From Gammaproteobacteria bacterium (GTDB lineage Bacteria > Pseudomonadota > Gammaproteobacteria > Steroidobacterales > JACDCP01), in contig JACDCP010000001.1 in the NCBI GenBank assembly GCA_013817465.1, forward strand, positions 1 through 44,630: a DNA stretch of 44,630 nt, in the 5' to 3' direction. Both the position numbers and the translations under genes were made by a program. Positions 34,420-43,564 of the stretch are shown here, piece by piece (within the stretch, counting starts at the first letter, position 1; each line of letters opens with the position of its first letter). Below the pieces are notes generated by a model. It saw nothing but the letters and a program-made list of their open reading frames with translations, did not search any database and was not told where the DNA came from.

Positions 34420-35406
34420 TCACTTGCTGCGAATGATAACCTTTAAGCGCGCGAGAAACAGCGACCACGTCATTCGTTTCTGCACCGTGAATTTGTTCTT
34501 TATCTGCCTTGCCAGGACAGTCCAAGTATCGTGCGTTGACCACCAAAGCCGATTGGCGAACCCGGGATTGACGTCGCTATCGGGGCGGCAAGTAGCAAAT
34601 CCCAGGTTCGCGAGGCACATCCCGCCGATCATCTCGAGAGATTGCAGTCGCGAGTCGGTAAAATAGCCGGTATTCCGGTTTACGTTTTTTGTTATTTCTT
34701 TGGACTCTTGCCCGATATTCAGCGGTCGAGGCCGGGTCGATGACAAAACCCTTTCGTCGAATGCCACACCGATGCTGGCGCAGACGCGCCGCATGTGGAG
34801 CTCCGGATCATTCGTGACGTCCTCGTATCGCACTTCGACATAACGATCGGGGACGCGTCGGCCCTGACGCCGACCCTCTGCAACGACATGTTTCCAGCGG
34901 AACATGGTGCCGCAGGGATGCCTCCCCCAGCGTCTGTGATCCGAAGCTGCACAGTCGCGGCCGTCCCGCAGCATGTGTATGAAAACCGATCCCGGGAACG
35001 CTTTGCCCAGCGTGGCAATGTGCAAGGCATAGATTGGCGTCTTTTCGCACCAGCGACTCTTTCCTTCGTGGCGCGCAAACTCATGAATGATCCGATCGAA
35101 CACTCCACTCGCATTCCGCCGGGTCGCGGCCCAATCCGGAGGCAAATCCACCGGTCGCCCTTTATTGACTCTACAGAACGGGTATTCGCTACGCATATCA
35201 TTCCACAATTTCGCAAAATTGGCGTCGAGGCGCAGATCTCCGTACTTGTGCTCGTTTGCGAGGTAATGCGGGAGTATATATGTCTCGATTCTGAAGCCGA
35301 ACAATTCCGGATGATGTCCAAGATGGTCGAGCATCATCGTCGTTCCGGAGCCGTTCATTCCCACGATGAATACAGGACCGTGAAACGTTTGCCGTGCGCT
35401 GTCCAT
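34420..35406 (-). CDS. sulfotransferase family protein
   Basis: 328-aa ORF with 'VFIVGMNGSGTTMM' and 'FIHMLRDGRDCAAS'. It is a paralogue of 19493..20524. Confidence 0.85.
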   Translation of the reverse strand: MDSARQTFHGPVFIVGMNGSGTTMMLDHLGHHPELFGFRIETYILPHYLANEHKYGDLRLDANFAKLWNDMRSEYPFCRVNKGRPVDLPPDWAATRRNASGVFDRIIHEFARHEGKSRWCEKTPIYALHIATLGKAFPGSVFIHMLRDGRDCAASDHRRWGRHPCGTMFRWKHVVAEGRRQGRRVPDRYVEVRYEDVTNDPELHMRRVCASIGVAFDERVLSSTRPRPLNIGQESKEITKNVNRNTGYFTDSRLQSLEMIGGMCLANLGFATCRPDSDVNPGFANRLWWSTHDTWTVLARQIKNKFTVQKRMTWSLFLARLKVIIRSK

Positions 35407-35419
35407 CGTTCGGATCAGG

Positions 35420-37132
35420 TCAGAGATTTGATGGGCCGGCGGCGCCGTCTACGTTCGAATCGATCCTGTAGACGTGAATGAGGGGCCCCGGCCTGTCCCT
35501 TGGATTCGGCGGAAACGCGCGCACCAAAGAAACGTCTGGATCCGCCTCTAGTTCATCAAGGAACGACAAACCGACGTGGGCAATCTTTCGGGATTCCACA
35601 AAGTATTCTGGCCTTATCACCAGGTACTCGATCCCCATATCTTTGTAATGGTCGAGGTCGTGTGCGCGGAGCTCTGACGGCGATACTAGCTCCAGATCAT
35701 AGGTGCTGCCGCTCATCGCCTGAAGCCTATACTTCAAATACTTTGCCTTGCCGGGCTCCCGCGTCTCGTAGAATTCTATATGGTCGCGCATGTTTTCCAT
35801 AGTATCCTGCAGTGGAACCGTGAGCCTGGTCGGCTCGATTTTCAAACCCTCGATAAATACTGTGGCGCCCTGCGGAATATTCTCGCCGATCCACTCCTTC
35901 GCAATCGTCCTGGTGTCTGTGTGAGACAACAAGTAGTTGTTCACAACCGTCTTGTACGCCGGCATGAAGGCGAGAGCTGCGACGACTACGATCGCGACAG
36001 TCTGCTTCGCCGCACCCGCACCAGGCCACGCCGCCCACAAAAGGCGGCCTGCCATCAGGGCAAGTACGACGATCACCGGCAACATGTAGCGGGGAAAATA
36101 CAGATGCGGGTGTGAAGAGGTGGCGAATACAAGATAGAAAACGCAGGCAAATGCCAAGAGCATTACATCTGCCGGAGTGCGCTTCCAGGCGCCGTACAGG
36201 ATTCCGGCGAAAGAAACGAGCAGCAACGGCCAACCCATCGAATCACCGAGCACGGCGATGTAATAGATGAAGAAATTAGGCGGGGTCCCCTGTGCTGCCT
36301 CCGCATACTCGAGCTCCACCGCCCCTTCATCCGCGCCCCCCGCATCGCCGAAATACGCTGGCATCGGCGGATCCAGAAACAGCCCTGGGTTGGTGATCCC
36401 CAGCACCACGACGAAAATTGCGACAGCCCACCAGAGATGTGCCGTCAGGAAGAACTGGCGCGGTCCTCCCCCCTTTCGCCGAACATAGTAGTAATGCGCA
36501 ATGAGCAGCGGCAGGAGGAGCAGAATTGCCGGAAGCTTGGTGGTCGTCGCCAACGCTGCAAACACCGCTGCCCACTTGTAATCCCGGCCACTTCCGCCCG
36601 TGGCCATGTTGGCTGCAAAGAGCAGCGCAGCGGTTGCGAGGCAGGTCATCGGAATATCGACTGTGATGTAATGCGAGTGCTCCGCGCTCAAAAAATCCAC
36701 TGTCAGAATGGTCCCCGCCAGCAGGCCCGCGCCGGTGGAATAAGCGCGGGCACCGAGGCGGTACAAGAGGAATACGTTCAGGGTTCCGATCGCCGCGGTT
36801 GTCGCGCGACCTATCAAATAAAAGCTGGATGGGTCGCCGACAAAATACCTCGCGAAATCCTGTGCCGACTCGATGACTCCGGCGATCTTCAATGCGACGA
36901 ACAGAACCCCGTACTCCAAAAACAGCACATAAAAATAGCCGCCCTTGCCTGTTCTTTCTAAATTGAAGCTGCCGCTGCCCAGTTCCAGCGCGCGAAACAC
37001 CTCATGGTACTCGTCTGCTCTGTAGCTGAATGGCAGCCCGAACCAGATGCCCCAAAGACGCAGGCCGAATGCTGCGGCGAGAATCAGAGCCAGATAAATC
37101 CAAATCCGGTTAAGATTCCTTATACTTTCCAT
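35420..37132 (-). CDS. GT-C fold membrane glycosyltransferase (GT39/ArnT/PMT_2-like)
   Basis: 570-aa ORF with about 10 or more predicted transmembrane helices. The first loop has 'LPFSYRADEYHEVFRAL', a DE motif as in ArnT/PMT enzymes. The C-terminal ~170 aa are soluble. Family membership is inferred from architecture. Confidence 0.65.
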   Translation of the reverse strand: MESIRNLNRIWIYLALILAAAFGLRLWGIWFGLPFSYRADEYHEVFRALELGSGSFNLERTGKGGYFYVLFLEYGVLFVALKIAGVIESAQDFARYFVGDPSSFYLIGRATTAAIGTLNVFLLYRLGARAYSTGAGLLAGTILTVDFLSAEHSHYITVDIPMTCLATAALLFAANMATGGSGRDYKWAAVFAALATTTKLPAILLLLPLLIAHYYYVRRKGGGPRQFFLTAHLWWAVAIFVVVLGITNPGLFLDPPMPAYFGDAGGADEGAVELEYAEAAQGTPPNFFIYYIAVLGDSMGWPLLLVSFAGILYGAWKRTPADVMLLAFACVFYLVFATSSHPHLYFPRYMLPVIVVLALMAGRLLWAAWPGAGAAKQTVAIVVVAALAFMPAYKTVVNNYLLSHTDTRTIAKEWIGENIPQGATVFIEGLKIEPTRLTVPLQDTMENMRDHIEFYETREPGKAKYLKYRLQAMSGSTYDLELVSPSELRAHDLDHYKDMGIEYLVIRPEYFVESRKIAHVGLSFLDELEADPDVSLVRAFPPNPRDRPGPLIHVYRIDSNVDGAAGPSNL

Positions 37133-37144
37133 AACCAGTTCCGA

Positions 37145-38008
37145 CTACCTGCCAATGTTCACTGCCAGCAGCTCCGCGTTGGCGCCAAGCGCCCTCCACT
37201 GCCGTGACATGCTTTTATCGAGTCTCACGGTCACCGCGCCGCACAGCTTCTCCGCTTCCGATGACAAGCGGCTGTCGTTTCGTCCGATTGATTGCGCGTG
37301 AATGTGTTTGATCATCTCCTCAAAAAAGCGGCACCCGAGGAAGTCGCAAACTATTCTCATCACGCGTTCAGGATCTCGGACCAGCATTTCGTACTTGAGC
37401 AGCAGAACATCCGGATTCGTATCCAGTCGTTGATCAAAGAAAAGCTGATTGCGAAGATACCAGAACACACCTGCAGCGGACTGCGCGCTCATCTGCGCGT
37501 AGTCCAGTTTGCGCAGAACCGACAACGTCTCCGCAGTGATACCCCTGGCTTCCCAGCGGTCGGTAGGGCCCTTCTCCATGAGCTCCCTGAGGAAGCGAAG
37601 ATTGGTGTCGCCGAATTTCGAAACCGCGGAGTTCGCCCTGTCCTCGACGCGACGATACATCCAGATGGCCTTGCTGCCGGCATCCGTGGCCAGAAGCGCG
37701 TCGGCCCGATGTGAGTCCGTGAGGGGCTTGAAGGCGATAAAGGGTCGCTTGCTTGCGGCGATCAGGCTCCGCGTCTCATCCAGGCTTTTCAGTACGCTGT
37801 TCTTGAAAGCGACCGACATTTCGCCGTAGACGTCGAACTCCGGCGAATTTTCGAAGCAGCTTGCCAACATCGTCGTGCCGGACCGCTGTGCGCCCAGGAT
37901 AAAGATACCGCGGTGTTGCGAGGCTGGACCATGACGGCGCAACCAGATCCATTTACGGATCGTCCGCCGCATAGCATCCATGCGGCGCGTCATCTTTTCG
38001 ACGATCAT
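37145..38008 (-). CDS. sulfotransferase family protein
   Basis: 287-aa ORF with 'IFILGAQRSGTTMLASCF' and 'IWMYRRVEDRANSAVSKF'. Confidence 0.8.
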   Translation of the reverse strand: MIVEKMTRRMDAMRRTIRKWIWLRRHGPASQHRGIFILGAQRSGTTMLASCFENSPEFDVYGEMSVAFKNSVLKSLDETRSLIAASKRPFIAFKPLTDSHRADALLATDAGSKAIWMYRRVEDRANSAVSKFGDTNLRFLRELMEKGPTDRWEARGITAETLSVLRKLDYAQMSAQSAAGVFWYLRNQLFFDQRLDTNPDVLLLKYEMLVRDPERVMRIVCDFLGCRFFEEMIKHIHAQSIGRNDSRLSSEAEKLCGAVTVRLDKSMSRQWRALGANAELLAVNIGR

Positions 38009-38253
38009 ATTCCGTGCAGCCTCAATCTATCGGTGAGAAATGACAGCCGATCGGCCGACGGCAAGTCCACCTGCATCCGAATACGTACCTTCATCCGCCC
38101 GAAAACTAGCACACAGTATCGCGGGCAGCCGTGATGGCGTTCCCGCTTGTGGGTCATGGGGGAAGGCCCCGATGCCCCCGCGTCAGATCCACAGCGACCC
38201 TGAGGGGTGCAATGGGTCGTCATGCCTTCACGGCCTGACTGCCCATGCTTAGA

Positions 38254-39555
38254 TCAAGCCTCGTTCTCAGGGTGCGGTCCGTGATGCCGTGTGATCAGGA
38301 GCAGTGAAACTCCGATGATAACCACGTTGCCGATAACCGTCGCAATGACGAATGCCCCCAGGGTCCACTCCGGGCTCGCTTCCAGACCAAAAGCGATGCC
38401 GAACGTACTCATGCGAAACACTGTGGTTGCGAGCTGCAGATGAAGCCAAACCCTCTGCTTCCTCAGTACAATGAACACTGGATTCGAAGGCGCGGTAACC
38501 CAGATCATGAAAAGCCAAGGCGAGATAATCTCGAGGTAGCGGCCGGCTTCCGACCAGCGCTCGCCGAGCAGCCAGGTTGCCAATGGTTGTCCGGAAAACC
38601 AGAGCACGGCAAGTGGGCCGGCACCCAACAGAACGAGCCCGCCCGTGGATAACAGAAACGCCGACCTGAGGCTCCTGCCGCGATGACCGATCTCGGCGGC
38701 CTTCTGCAGGAACACTCTTCGTACGGAATTGGCCACGACGACAATGGGAACGTGAGACACGCGCGTGGCCATGGCGTAGAAGCCGACGACTGCCGGCGAA
38801 AAAAGAACACCGAACAAAATAACAGGAAGCTGTTGAGTAGCCGCGGTCAGAAGCGCCGCAGGCGCGTTCAACCTCGGAAAATCCGAATACTTCGTGGCGA
38901 TCCGCCGAATTGCCGTCCATCCAACAGGCCGAAAGGTCGCCCGAAACCCTTCGCTGCTTGCGCTCTTCTGCACGGCCAACCGGAAGACCTGGCCGAACAT
39001 GTGTCCCACCACGAGCCCGAACACCGAGCTGCCGGCTAAGGCCCCAAATCCTATACGGGCCCCGCCCGTCACTGCCGTACCGACAACCATCGACGTCGCA
39101 ACAACCTTGAACATTTTTCTGCGGGCTAACCAGTTTTCCTGAATCGTGACCATCGTCAGGAGCAGGACACTCAGCGGCAACAGCCATAACCACATGCCCA
39201 GGGATTCCAGAACCGGGACTGTCAGATCGCTGAGCTCGTAACCGCCGATAATCAGCAGCAGAACGGCGCATACGAAGATCAGCAGACGATAAGCGAAGGC
39301 CATCAACAACAGCGCCTCTGCTTCCTGGTCCGGCAACACGAGGGCGTTTTCATACCGAAGAGCGCCCACATTCGATACGACCACCCCAAGAGACAGGAAC
39401 AATGCTGCGATGCCAAAATCGCTGGGAGAAAACAGACGCGCAATGATCGGCATGGTGACGAGCGCAATGCCAGCTGCAATGCTCTTGCCCGACATCATTG
39501 TCGCGACGTTGCCGAGGAACGCCTTGTGCCTGGTAAGAAAATCTGCAAATCGCAT
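38254..39555 (-). CDS. oligosaccharide flippase (Wzx / Polysacc_synt, MOP superfamily)
   Basis: 433-aa polytopic membrane ORF. Its N-terminus 'LGNVATMMSGKSIAAGIALVTMPIIARLFSPSDFG' is typical of polysaccharide biosynthesis flippases. Confidence 0.8.
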   Translation of the reverse strand: MRFADFLTRHKAFLGNVATMMSGKSIAAGIALVTMPIIARLFSPSDFGIAALFLSLGVVVSNVGALRYENALVLPDQEAEALLLMAFAYRLLIFVCAVLLLIIGGYELSDLTVPVLESLGMWLWLLPLSVLLLTMVTIQENWLARRKMFKVVATSMVVGTAVTGGARIGFGALAGSSVFGLVVGHMFGQVFRLAVQKSASSEGFRATFRPVGWTAIRRIATKYSDFPRLNAPAALLTAATQQLPVILFGVLFSPAVVGFYAMATRVSHVPIVVVANSVRRVFLQKAAEIGHRGRSLRSAFLLSTGGLVLLGAGPLAVLWFSGQPLATWLLGERWSEAGRYLEIISPWLFMIWVTAPSNPVFIVLRKQRVWLHLQLATTVFRMSTFGIAFGLEASPEWTLGAFVIATVIGNVVIIGVSLLLITRHHGPHPENEA

Positions 39556-39802
39556 GATGCTATTCTGGCTGAAGTGAGAATTCGCTCAACTGCTTCAATC
39601 GGCCCAGCAGCGACCGCGCGGGATTGTGGCAACTTCCCGGCCCGCGGTCCAGCAAGCCCGTCTGACAGGAAGTGGCCGCTCGTAGACGCCGTGATCGTGT
39701 ATACCTTAATATACCCGCCGCGAGGTCCCCGAGAGTCGCGTGCTCGTCCGGCTTGCGCCACGGCTCATGAGTTTCAATGCTGCCGGGCTCAGTGCAGAAT
39801 TC

Positions 39803-40588
39803 ATGGTCATCAGCGACAAGCACAAGTACGTATTCGTAGAGCTACCGCGGACTGGATCCAGCGCAATCAGCCGTGAGCTGCGTGAGCATTACGACGGTCG
39901 CAACATTCTGCACAAGCATGCCACATATGACGAGTTCCTCAGTTCGGCTACAGATAGAGAATCAAGCTATTTCGTTTTTGGTGGCCTGCGCAATCCTGTC
40001 GACGATGCGGTCAGCCTCTACTTCAAGCTGGTGACCGACCATCAGCGCAAGTTTTCACGTCTGCAGCATGCGGGATGGTTTACGCGATTGGCCTATCGAT
40101 TCCGATCGAGACAATTCCACTTTGCGCGGGCGGACAAGAACGGTTTTTCGCGCTTTTTTCTGAAGTTCTATCGATTTCCCTATGACAACTGGAGCTCGCT
40201 CGCGCATGCGAGGTTTGACCGCGTGCTCCGCTTTGAGACTCTGGTGGAGGATTTCGACGCTGCGCTTGCGCAACTGGGCATTGAACCGGTAAGGCCACTG
40301 CCGGTTGGAAACAAGACCGGGGGCAGGAGCATGGCTTACTGGGAGTACTACAACACCAAAGCTATCGCACGAGCGCGGTGGGTCTTCGGGGTATATATGG
40401 AAAAGTGGGGTTACGGGTTTCCAATATCGTGGAAACTTGGCGAAGCCGTCCCAGGCGCCGTGAACAGATTGGTCTTCAGATTCCTGAATGTTTTTCGCAG
40501 ATTTTACTGGCGCCGTTTGCGTCCCGTGGTATATGCGAAGATTCAGCGTGACCAGCAAAGACGGCGAGCTCTGGAGTTTGTCGAATAA
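39803..40588 (+). CDS. sulfotransferase family protein (Sulfotransfer_2-like)
   Basis: Motifs 'YVFVELPRTGSSAISREL' and 'FGGLRNPVDDAVSLYFK' are present. The start is uncertain: GTG at 39740, ATG at 39767 or ATG at 39803. Confidence 0.7.
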   Translation: MVISDKHKYVFVELPRTGSSAISRELREHYDGRNILHKHATYDEFLSSATDRESSYFVFGGLRNPVDDAVSLYFKLVTDHQRKFSRLQHAGWFTRLAYRFRSRQFHFARADKNGFSRFFLKFYRFPYDNWSSLAHARFDRVLRFETLVEDFDAALAQLGIEPVRPLPVGNKTGGRSMAYWEYYNTKAIARARWVFGVYMEKWGYGFPISWKLGEAVPGAVNRLVFRFLNVFRRFYWRRLRPVVYAKIQRDQQRRRALEFVE

Positions 40589-40721
40589 GCCAGTTGCTGC
40601 GGTTGTTCCCGAGGGCGCACCGCAATGATCAAACCTGTTGCTGCCGTCGGTACTTGCTCGATCTACCCAACGTCCGGCAAGCCAGGAAGCGCAGATTAGT
40701 CCGCTCAACAGATAACGTCCG

Positions 40722-43274
40722 GTGCGTTCGGAGGGAAGCGTGCTGACTCAACCGCCACAGGTTAACGCCGCGATCACCGGGCGGCAGCTGGCTATACGGA
40801 CCTTCCAGCTTGTCGTACTCGTATATCTGGTTCGCTATTTCGAGATCGGCAGCCCTCAGTTCGGTACGATCATGCTTCTCGCCGTTCCGGCGTTTCTTAT
40901 AAATGCTCTCTTGCCTTTCCGGTATCGACTGGAATGGTTCCTGACCGTGTCGCTCATCGGGATCGTGCTGGTTCTCGGTCCTGTAAGTGCTATCTGGCTG
41001 ATAGCCATCGTCACTGCGTTTATTGCTATCTGTCATCTGCCGGTGCCTCTCGGTTCGCGCATTACGATACTGCTTGCAGCAGGCGCCGCGCTTTTCTTTT
41101 TCCGGCTCCGCGGATGGGGCGTGCCCTGGTCGGAAACCGCATGGCCGATCATTGCGTCGATTCTGATGTTTCGTGTGATCGTATACCTTTACGACCTACA
41201 CCACGAGAAGACACGCCCGTCGGCCCGGTGGAGCCTATCCTATTTCTTCTTGCTGCCGAATGTCTGCTTTCCCCTGTTTCCCGTCGTCGACTTCAAGAAG
41301 TTCCGGCAGACATACTACAGCGAGCCTGCGCCCGTAGTTTACGGGCGGGGAATGTCGTGGATATTCAGGGGCGTTTATCAGCTGATTCTCTACCGCATCG
41401 TCTACCAGTTTGTCGTTATTCCGCCGGAGGAGGTATTTAACGCGGCCCAGCTATTGCACTTCATCGTATCGAGCTATCTCCTGTACCTGCGAGTGTCTGG
41501 ACTTTTCCATCTGATCGTCGGCGTGCTATTGCTTTTCGGATTCAATTTGCCGGAGACACACAAAAAGTATTACCTGGCTTCCAGCTTTAACGATTTCTGG
41601 CGGCGCATCAACATCTACTGGAAAGACTTCATGATGAAGATCTTTTACTACCCGATATATTTCAAGGTCAAAGGTCTGGGCGCCACGCCCGCCCTCATTA
41701 TCGCCACCGTCGCCGTTTTCTTTGCCACCTGGCTACTGCATGCTTATCAATGGTTCTGGCTGCGGGGAACTTTCCTTTTCGAGCTCCACGATTTGCTGTT
41801 CTGGTCAGTTCTTGGCGTTCTGGTCGTCCTCAATTCGCTTCGAGAAATCAAGTATGGACGGGTCAGGTCGATCGGTCGCCAGCCGCTGCTCAGCTCCGGC
41901 CGGTTGTCGAATGTCTGCCGCGTGGCTTCGACGTTCCTGACAATCAGTATCTTGTGGTCCATGTGGAGCTCGGACAGCCTTGAGCAGTGGTTGCTCATGT
42001 GGAAGTCTGCGGGCGGACAAGCCGTCCTCATCGTGATCGCGGTTTTAGTGTTTTATGCGCTCGCGAATTGGGGGGACAAGCGCTCCGAAAAAGTCTCGAC
42101 AAAGGTGCGCACGCTCGTTGGACGGGACGTTGCAGCAGCCGAGCCGGGCGGGATCAGACTCGGGTCAGGTCTCATTGCCGGTAGCCTGGTGGTCCTCGTG
42201 TTCATGAGCCGGCCGGAGATACCCTGGGTACCAGATGCCTATGCGGACATAGCCAGGCAGCTTCGCACGGTACAATTAAATCGGCGCGATCAGGCTCGCA
42301 TGGAGCGCGGATACTATGAGCACCTGCTTAATGTCAACCGGCACAGCGAGGGGCTGTGGACTGCCGTCGAGAAGAAGCCCGCGGACTGGATCGACAATCT
42401 GAATGACACGGAAATTGCGGTCCGTGTGCCGAGATTCCTGATTACCGAACTCGCTTCCGACAAGGAAATCCAGTTCAAGGGCGCTCAACTCAAAACCAAT
42501 CGTTGGGGCATGCGAGATCGCGATTACCCGATAGCCAAATCGAAGGATAGCACGCGCGTCGCTCTGTTCGGCACGTCCCACACGCTGGGATCCGGCGTTT
42601 CAAATGCGCAAGTGTTCGAGCATCTGCTGGAACAGCGTCTCAACGCCGGCGCAGCCGGTGCCACACCATCATCTGCTTATGAAATACTCAATTTTTCCAT
42701 GGTCGCATACAGTGCGTTGCAACACCTTTACCTGCTCGATCATAAAGTTCGAGAATTTCGTCCGGACGCTATAGTCTACTTCGCCCTGGAAGACGATGAA
42801 CGCTTCATCCTGCGGCATCTCAGTCTGGCGATTCGAAACGGCATAGAGATTCCCTACCAACCTGTGCTGGCAATCGTGAACCTGCTTGGACTCGATGCTT
42901 CCCATTCTGACGAAGAAATCCGGCGCAAACTTGCGCCGTACGCTGCAGGGATTCAGGCATGGGCGGAACGTGAGCTGGCAGCGAACATCCGCGGAATGGG
43001 CGCAACCGCTCTGTGTGTATTTCTTCCGAAGGTGCAGTCACGCCCTGACCAGGCAACAGCGGAGACGCGCCAGAGAATAGCTCGGGAAGCGGGCTTCCAC
43101 ACGCTCGATCTCCATGACGTCTACGACGGCTACAGCCGGCAGGAGCTGCAAATCAAACCCTGGGACGACCATCCAAACGAGTTGGCGCATTCGTTGATAG
43201 CAGAGCGCTTGCACCAGGAACTGGTCGATCGGCCGCAATTGCTCGGAAAAAGTTCCTCGCGAATTGCTCGCTGA
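40722..43274 (+). CDS. MBOAT-family O-acyltransferase fused to a C-terminal SGNH/DltD/AlgX-like domain
   Basis: 850-aa ORF. The N-terminal ~470 aa are polytopic, with the MBOAT-type block 'NDFWRRINIYWKDFMMKIFYYPIYF' and a later 'FFATWLLHAYQWFW'. The C-terminal ~330 aa are soluble, with 'RVALFGTSHTLGSG' (block I-like Ser) and 'WDDHPNELAHSLIAERL' (block V-like). The GTG start at 40722 is not verified. Confidence 0.75.
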   Translation: MRSEGSVLTQPPQVNAAITGRQLAIRTFQLVVLVYLVRYFEIGSPQFGTIMLLAVPAFLINALLPFRYRLEWFLTVSLIGIVLVLGPVSAIWLIAIVTAFIAICHLPVPLGSRITILLAAGAALFFFRLRGWGVPWSETAWPIIASILMFRVIVYLYDLHHEKTRPSARWSLSYFFLLPNVCFPLFPVVDFKKFRQTYYSEPAPVVYGRGMSWIFRGVYQLILYRIVYQFVVIPPEEVFNAAQLLHFIVSSYLLYLRVSGLFHLIVGVLLLFGFNLPETHKKYYLASSFNDFWRRINIYWKDFMMKIFYYPIYFKVKGLGATPALIIATVAVFFATWLLHAYQWFWLRGTFLFELHDLLFWSVLGVLVVLNSLREIKYGRVRSIGRQPLLSSGRLSNVCRVASTFLTISILWSMWSSDSLEQWLLMWKSAGGQAVLIVIAVLVFYALANWGDKRSEKVSTKVRTLVGRDVAAAEPGGIRLGSGLIAGSLVVLVFMSRPEIPWVPDAYADIARQLRTVQLNRRDQARMERGYYEHLLNVNRHSEGLWTAVEKKPADWIDNLNDTEIAVRVPRFLITELASDKEIQFKGAQLKTNRWGMRDRDYPIAKSKDSTRVALFGTSHTLGSGVSNAQVFEHLLEQRLNAGAAGATPSSAYEILNFSMVAYSALQHLYLLDHKVREFRPDAIVYFALEDDERFILRHLSLAIRNGIEIPYQPVLAIVNLLGLDASHSDEEIRRKLAPYAAGIQAWAERELAANIRGMGATALCVFLPKVQSRPDQATAETRQRIAREAGFHTLDLHDVYDGYSRQELQIKPWDDHPNELAHSLIAERLHQELVDRPQLLGKSSSRIAR

Positions 43275-43309
43275 TCGGGGTATTCAACGCACGGCCAGAG
43301 GTAAGAATT

Positions 43310-43555
43310 ATGGGACCGGTCGGACAATCGGTAAAGGACTTTATTCTGGACGAGTTTCTCCGTGGGGAGGATCCAGATGAATTGACTGCCTCCACCCCGT
43401 TGATCTCATCTGGTATTCTGGATTCGCTGGCCACCCTGAAACTCTCCCAGTTTCTGGAACAGCATTTCGACATTCAGATGGCGGCGCACGAGCTCGACGA
43501 AGAGCATATCGGAACGATTGCGGCAATCGAGCAGTTGATCGCTTCGAAGCAGTAG
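43310..43555 (+). CDS. carrier protein (DltC-like)
   Basis: 81-aa acidic ORF with 'SSGILDSLATLKLSQFLEQHF' (the DSL attachment serine). AGAGG lies 9 nt upstream of the ATG. Confidence 0.8.
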   Translation: MGPVGQSVKDFILDEFLRGEDPDELTASTPLISSGILDSLATLKLSQFLEQHFDIQMAAHELDEEHIGTIAAIEQLIASKQ

Positions 43556-43564
43556 CATACAGCG

